Assembly (NCBI GenBank): GCA_964613715.1
Contig: CAZTJK010000003.1
Coordinates: 7,322-71,321, forward strand
DNA length: 64,000 bases
Direction of reading: 5' to 3'
DNA from: an uncultured Candidatus Saccharibacteria bacterium
GTDB lineage: Bacteria; Patescibacteriota; Minisyncoccia; Phycocordibacterales; GWA1-40-21
Positions 59,127 to 64,000 of the stretch are shown here, piece after piece. The notes under the pieces were generated by a model. That model made no database searches and was not told the origin of the DNA. It saw nothing but the letters and a program-made list of their open reading frames with translations. Position 1 is the stretch's first letter; each line of letters starts with the position of its first letter. A program made the position numbers and the translations under genes.

Positions 59127-59618
59127 ATGGAAATAAAATCAAAAATTAGCAATACTGACGGAAGCGAGACAGAAATTACTTACATCGATACTCAATCGTT
59201 TGATAGTTTAGAGTGCGATAAAGTACGGCAAGCATACGGAGTATGTTTCCTCAACGGACAGATGCTCATTGTTTTTAATCGTAAACGCAAAGCCTGGGGA
59301 CTCGTGGGCGGCAGTCTTGAAGTAGGAGAAACCTATGAGGAATGTTTGAAAAGGGAGGTGGAAGAAGAGGCAAATATGCAGGTTCTTAATTTCCAGCCAA
59401 TCGGCTATCAAAAAGTGGATATTCCTGCAAAGGGATTCATATATCAGCTTCGCTATGTCTGTATTATTGAACCACTCGGTCCTTTTGTCGCAGATCCAGA
59501 CGGTTCAATTACTGAGATCAAGCTCATCGACCCTACAACTTACAAAGAGTATTTTGATTGGGGGGATATTGGCCATCATATCATTACCAAAGCAATCGAA
59601 ATCAGTCGGTCGCTTTAA
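59127..59618 (+). CDS. NUDIX hydrolase
   Basis: GGSLEVGETYEECLKREVEEEA Nudix box. Confidence 0.9.
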   Translation: MEIKSKISNTDGSETEITYIDTQSFDSLECDKVRQAYGVCFLNGQMLIVFNRKRKAWGLVGGSLEVGETYEECLKREVEEEANMQVLNFQPIGYQKVDIPAKGFIYQLRYVCIIEPLGPFVADPDGSITEIKLIDPTTYKEYFDWGDIGHHIITKAIEISRSL

Positions 59619-59680
59619 TTGACTAACCTTGACTTTTATAGTACTCTTCTTAGAGAAAACCTTTTTGAAAGGAGGGTGTC

Positions 59681-60214
59681 ATGCTCGATGAAATAGTTCA
59701 CATTATGCTGAAGCCTGACACTCTCGAGTGCGGCATCCGTAATGTAATCCTTGATGAACTGTTGAAGGTTGGCGGAAGCCTGATTTTTTCCAAACGGTTG
59801 GTTCTTACCATGTCGCAGATTTCAGTCATTTATCCTCACTTCGGTAATGAGAGGGCTAAAGGAGCAGTCTTCCATTATTTTACTTCCCGTGAAACCGAAC
59901 ATCTTGCTTTTGGGGGACCAAAAGGAATCCATGCTCGGTATCAAGAAGCGAAAGGAAAAACGGGAACCGGGATTGGTATAAAGGGAAAGTATTATACTCG
60001 ATATACCAAACTGACTGAGGACGAGCTCAGAAAATGGTTCGACGGGACTCTTGAGAACATACAAGATATTGATCTTGAAATGTTCGGAAGAGACATCCTC
60101 CATATTCCGAATTCTCCCGAAGAAAGTATAAATGATATCTTTTCTGTTTTTGAACCTTGTGAAATAGCTGTCATCAGCACGTGGTATCAGTTTCCGAAAA
60201 GAACTTGCGTGTGA
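59681..60214 (+). CDS. Nucleoside-diphosphate-kinase-like protein
   Basis: IMLKPD N-terminal motif; ILHIPNSPEES corresponds to the catalytic His motif. Confidence 0.7.
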   Translation: MLDEIVHIMLKPDTLECGIRNVILDELLKVGGSLIFSKRLVLTMSQISVIYPHFGNERAKGAVFHYFTSRETEHLAFGGPKGIHARYQEAKGKTGTGIGIKGKYYTRYTKLTEDELRKWFDGTLENIQDIDLEMFGRDILHIPNSPEESINDIFSVFEPCEIAVISTWYQFPKRTCV

Positions 60215-60238
60215 TACGCAAGTTCTTTTTTAAAAAAG

Positions 60239-60862
60239 ATGCAGGATAAAAAAATTGTCATCTTCGATTTTTGGCAAACTTTGGCTGACGCTCAGCTCAA
60301 GCCTTCTTTCTTGTTGGGATTTTTTCCACTACCCAAGCCAGATTTGCATACTTTTTTAACAAGACTTTCCAGTTCAGATCTTTATTTAAAAGATGTTGAG
60401 ACCATCAAGGGAGTAGCGAATTTCCTTTTGCATTTCGATATTACAGATAAGAAAATCGTCGAAAAGATATCTTCCGCCTGGAAAGATTTAATCAAGACTG
60501 TTTATATTATTCCCGGAGCTTTAAAAATGATATCCGATCTGAAAGCACATGGGCATGCGGTATGTCTCATGAGCAACACTGATAAATTCGGCCATGAGCA
60601 TTTTCCTTTCCCTGAATTTTTTAAAAAATTCGACATGTTTTTCCTTTCATATAAAGAGGGTTTTGCAAAGCCAGATTTAAAATGCTGGCAGATTATTCGA
60701 GACCGTTCGGGGTATACTTATGACGATATGATTATGATAGGGGATAGCATGGAAAATGATATCTTACCCGCTCATGAGCTGGGCATAGATTCTATCCATA
60801 TTCAGAGGCAGGGAGACTTTGGCGTAGTGTATGACCGCCTGATAAACCATTCCGATGTATAA
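60239..60862 (+). CDS. HAD superfamily hydrolase
   Basis: VIFDFWQTL, MSN, KPD, MIGDSMENDI. Confidence 0.88.
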   Translation: MQDKKIVIFDFWQTLADAQLKPSFLLGFFPLPKPDLHTFLTRLSSSDLYLKDVETIKGVANFLLHFDITDKKIVEKISSAWKDLIKTVYIIPGALKMISDLKAHGHAVCLMSNTDKFGHEHFPFPEFFKKFDMFFLSYKEGFAKPDLKCWQIIRDRSGYTYDDMIMIGDSMENDILPAHELGIDSIHIQRQGDFGVVYDRLINHSDV

Positions 60863-61931
60863 ACTGAAAATCGCATTCGTATATCCAAAGCGTTATTCCT
60901 TTTATCCTCCTGATTATGTATCTAGAGGCTTAGGAGGAACCGAAAGCACTCTCGTGCTTCTCGCGAGAGCTATCGCTAGACTCGGGCATGCAGTCGAAGT
61001 GTATAATTGCTGCTTCAAGCCGGGCGTTTATGATGGTGTTGTCTGGAGTTCTCTGTTAGATATCGATTCAAAAAGAGAATATGACGTAGTCATTTCTTTG
61101 CGCCTTCTTGAGACATTCCGAGACTATCATTTCAATGCAAAGCTCCGTGCTTTGTGGATCCATGACGAAGCCCTGAGTGGTGCTGAAGATTTTGATAAGA
61201 ACGGGATTGTAAATACGTGGATTTCAGTTTCGGAAACTCAAAAGAAAAGCCTATGTCGAGATCAATATATCGAAGATACACATTGGTTCGTCACTCGCAA
61301 TGCGTATGATGAGGACATATATACTGACGAGCTGAGAAAGACGAAGAAGATAAAAAACAGAGCCATTTACTGCAGCGCTCCCGATCGAGGGCTTAAATAT
61401 TTGCTTGAAATGTGGCCTGCAATAAAAGCAGAGGTACCTGATGCGAGTCTCGTTGTAACTGGCAGCTATGCTCTTTGGGGTACGTCTGACGAGGAAAATA
61501 AGCGGATCTTCGCCGATATTTATTCAATGGCTGACAAAACCGATGATGTTCAAATTCTCCAGAGGGTTTCCAAGCAAGAACTCTCAAAACTTCAGGTAGA
61601 AAGTGAGGTCATGCTGTATCCTACGGATTTCAACGAGATGTTTTGTATAAGCGCCCTCGAGTGTTTTGCTGCTGGAACGCCGATTATTTCTTCCAAAAGA
61701 GCCGCGATGATTGAACGAGTGGAAGAAGGTAAAACAGGATTTCTTATCGATGGAGATCCGAAAAACCTTGATTGTAAAGAACGATTCATTGCAACCGCGG
61801 TGAGATTTTTGAATGATGAAAAGATGAAACATGAATTCTCAAAAAATACTCTTCGTTCTTCTGCGAAATTAAATTTCGATAATCTTGCTCGGGAATGGGA
61901 AATTGAATTAATGAAGCGCCTTGAAATATGA
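60855..61931 (+). CDS. GT4 (GT-B) glycosyltransferase
   Basis: GLGGTE, SAPDRGL, EMFCISALECFAAGTP. Confidence 0.9.
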   Translation: MYKLKIAFVYPKRYSFYPPDYVSRGLGGTESTLVLLARAIARLGHAVEVYNCCFKPGVYDGVVWSSLLDIDSKREYDVVISLRLLETFRDYHFNAKLRALWIHDEALSGAEDFDKNGIVNTWISVSETQKKSLCRDQYIEDTHWFVTRNAYDEDIYTDELRKTKKIKNRAIYCSAPDRGLKYLLEMWPAIKAEVPDASLVVTGSYALWGTSDEENKRIFADIYSMADKTDDVQILQRVSKQELSKLQVESEVMLYPTDFNEMFCISALECFAAGTPIISSKRAAMIERVEEGKTGFLIDGDPKNLDCKERFIATAVRFLNDEKMKHEFSKNTLRSSAKLNFDNLAREWEIELMKRLEI

Positions 61932-63457
61932 AAGTGGCAATCGGAGTATGTGCGAGGAACGAAGAGGCATGCATTATCCAGACATTGGATTCAATCCTTG
62001 TGTCCGCAGCGAGGATTGAGAACCTAGATTGGTCGCTTTTCGTGTGTGCGAACGGATGTACTGACACCACTGTCGATCTCGTGAGAAGCTGGTGGAAGGG
62101 AAATCCCGGCTGTAAAGGCACTCTTGTTGTTTTGGATCAGGCGAATTTAGTCGAAGCTCAGAGGGAAATCGTAAATATTTCAAAAGCCGCAGGATATAGC
62201 TCTATTATATTTTTCGATGCGGATGTAGTAGTCGATCCTCTCTGTATAGGTGCATTATTGAACGCTGCTCAAGCGGATGAAGTTCAGGCTGTTTATGCAG
62301 TTTCAGTACCGATTACGAGAGACAAGCGGACTCTTATCGAGAGGGCTTTGAACCAATACGATCTCTCATCCTCTGTTTTCACTGAAAGGAAACATCTTCA
62401 TGGTCGGGGCTTCCTGATTAAGGACTGGTATATTCCCATGACAAGTCCCAAGCTTGTGGCTGATGATATGTATCTCTCTTTTTCCCTGCTTAAAAAATAT
62501 GGTCCTCAGTCAATAAAAAAAGTCCCTTCAGCAAAAGTTTATTTCAGACAGATAATTTCTTTTACGGACTTTTACAAGGCCTATCGTCGAAGGAGTATAG
62601 AATTAAATAAATGTCTTGCGCTATTCCCTGAATTCAAGCTATTACCGGCAGATCAAATAAATCGCAGGATACTTTGGAAAAAGCTTTTCAGCGAATCGTC
62701 CAGACGGCTACTCTTGTGGTTCGTGCTATTCTTCTTTAAATTAGTCTCCCGCATCCGATATGCATTTGAAAAGAATATTTCTGAAGAATGGATACCAACA
62801 GATACAAGCAAGAGAACAAAGTACAGACCCATACTGGTCCTTGTGGAGGGTCTTGATTGCTCTGGGAAAAAGACCGTCTCCCGGATACTTCAACAGAAAT
62901 TTTTGGACGCAGGCATTTCTTGCAGGGTTAATAAAGGCCCTCTGAATTCAAGGGGGTATAGAGCTCTCTCAAGATTAGTGAGCCTATACCCATTCCCAAA
63001 TGTTATCAGGTCTCTCGTTTACTCGCTGGAGGGTATTGGGGAAAAAGAATGGTTCCGATATTTTTCGACCCAAGTAGTAGTGCAGATTTCTTCACCATAC
63101 CGTAATTGGGCGTATGCACATTGCAATAAAAGCCACTTAAGAATCTTTATTTCCCAAAAAATAAAGAGGTTTATTGCGCACTACGATTTCATCTTTTTTC
63201 TCACGGCCCCTTACGGTATTCGTCTTCAACGTCATGCAGCGCAAGTTTCTTCGGGTGAGAATCCGGACCACATTGAAAAAAGATTTTTTGGAGAACAGAA
63301 GTTTAATGAAATGGAATTTATTCTGAAGAATCTTTTCAAAGTATCTAACCCAATTGATGCTGAATTTGACAGTTCGATCCAATCATCGGTAGCTATCGCT
63401 ACGGATATTTTTTCACGCGTTGTTATAAAAATCCCCAAAACATCAGACATTGTCTAG
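61928..63457 (+). CDS. GT2 glycosyltransferase fused to a thymidylate-kinase-like P-loop domain
   Basis: ARNEE, ANGCTDTT, FFDADV, ADD; C-terminal LVEGLDCSGKKT and DFIFFLTA. Confidence 0.8.
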   Translation: MKVAIGVCARNEEACIIQTLDSILVSAARIENLDWSLFVCANGCTDTTVDLVRSWWKGNPGCKGTLVVLDQANLVEAQREIVNISKAAGYSSIIFFDADVVVDPLCIGALLNAAQADEVQAVYAVSVPITRDKRTLIERALNQYDLSSSVFTERKHLHGRGFLIKDWYIPMTSPKLVADDMYLSFSLLKKYGPQSIKKVPSAKVYFRQIISFTDFYKAYRRRSIELNKCLALFPEFKLLPADQINRRILWKKLFSESSRRLLLWFVLFFFKLVSRIRYAFEKNISEEWIPTDTSKRTKYRPILVLVEGLDCSGKKTVSRILQQKFLDAGISCRVNKGPLNSRGYRALSRLVSLYPFPNVIRSLVYSLEGIGEKEWFRYFSTQVVVQISSPYRNWAYAHCNKSHLRIFISQKIKRFIAHYDFIFFLTAPYGIRLQRHAAQVSSGENPDHIEKRFFGEQKFNEMEFILKNLFKVSNPIDAEFDSSIQSSVAIATDIFSRVVIKIPKTSDIV

Positions 63458-63532
63458 TATGTCCGGTTCGTAGTTTAAGAGGCAAGTATGGCATGGTATA
63501 CTCACTTATGTATGTGTGCAAGAAGAAAAACT

Positions 63533-63967
63533 ATGAATAAATCAAATCCAGTCGTACATTTTGAAATGGGATATTTCGATCGTGAGCGGATGAAGAAATT
63601 TTACGAGTCTGCATTCCAGTGGAAGATGCAGCAGCTCGGGAAAGAGATGGGGAGCTATGTCGTGGCACAAACAGCAGAGACCGATGCCAATGGCATGGTG
63701 AAAACGCCAGGCACGATAAATGGCGGCTTTTATCAGAAAGCAGAGAGCCCGGGTTCTCATGCACCGTCTGTTGTCATTTCCGTTCATGATATTCAGGCGG
63801 CAATCAAGGCAGTGAAAGCAGCAGGCGGTAAAATCCTCGGCGCTATGGATCAGTCCGGCAAGCAAAGCATGGAACCACAAATGATACCCGGCGTCGGCCT
63901 CTGGATTTCTATCGAGGATACTGAAAAGAATCGGGTAAGTATGTTGCAGCCGCTTGCCGGCAAATAA
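63533..63967 (+). CDS. VOC (glyoxalase/bleomycin-resistance) family protein
   Basis: NPVVHFEM, KKFYESAFQW, INGG, VKAAGGK, DTEKNRV. Confidence 0.9.
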   Translation: MNKSNPVVHFEMGYFDRERMKKFYESAFQWKMQQLGKEMGSYVVAQTAETDANGMVKTPGTINGGFYQKAESPGSHAPSVVISVHDIQAAIKAVKAAGGKILGAMDQSGKQSMEPQMIPGVGLWISIEDTEKNRVSMLQPLAGK

Positions 63968-64000
63968 AATTATATGCATTGGAATCACGAGTATCATCCG

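Larger units (their letters stand above)
58263..63470. mobile_element. AT-richer horizontally acquired enzyme island
   Basis: Composition and codon shift; bounded by duplicated VOC gene starts; no integrase seen. Confidence 0.6.

Overview
A 64-kb chromosomal window that looks like a Patescibacteria/CPR (Parcubacteria-type) genome. This is inferred from gene content, short and divergent translation factors, and leaderless gene starts. It carries a split ComEC, rpmB, the str operon (rpsL-rpsG-fusA, tuf), a truncated S10 block (rpsJ-rplC-rplD-rplW-rplB) followed by an L10 leader and rplJ-rplL, infC-rpmI-rplT, ahpC, smpB with tmRNA, ftsH, recG, comF, a complete type IV pilus locus, ligA, gatCA, prfB, ftsEX and eight tRNAs, including a rare tRNA-Ile(UAU). 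There are two AT-richer islands. One lies beside tRNA-Ser and holds a candidate defence operon (HTH antitoxin, Doc, Abi-alpha-like protein, IrrE-like protein lacking its catalytic motif, PIN protein). The other is a sulfotransferase/NUDIX/NDK/HAD/GT4/GT2-nucleotide-kinase cluster flanked by a duplicated VOC-gene start. The most unusual signals are non-coding: (i) three tandem structured RNA units between tRNA-Thr and prfB, each with its own promoter and terminator and each displaying a conserved rRNA functional-centre motif; (ii) palindromic elements of shared architecture that copy the 3' ends of tmRNA and tRNA-Gln in both orientations; (iii) a 6S-like RNA. All assignments come from reading the sequence; no searches were run.
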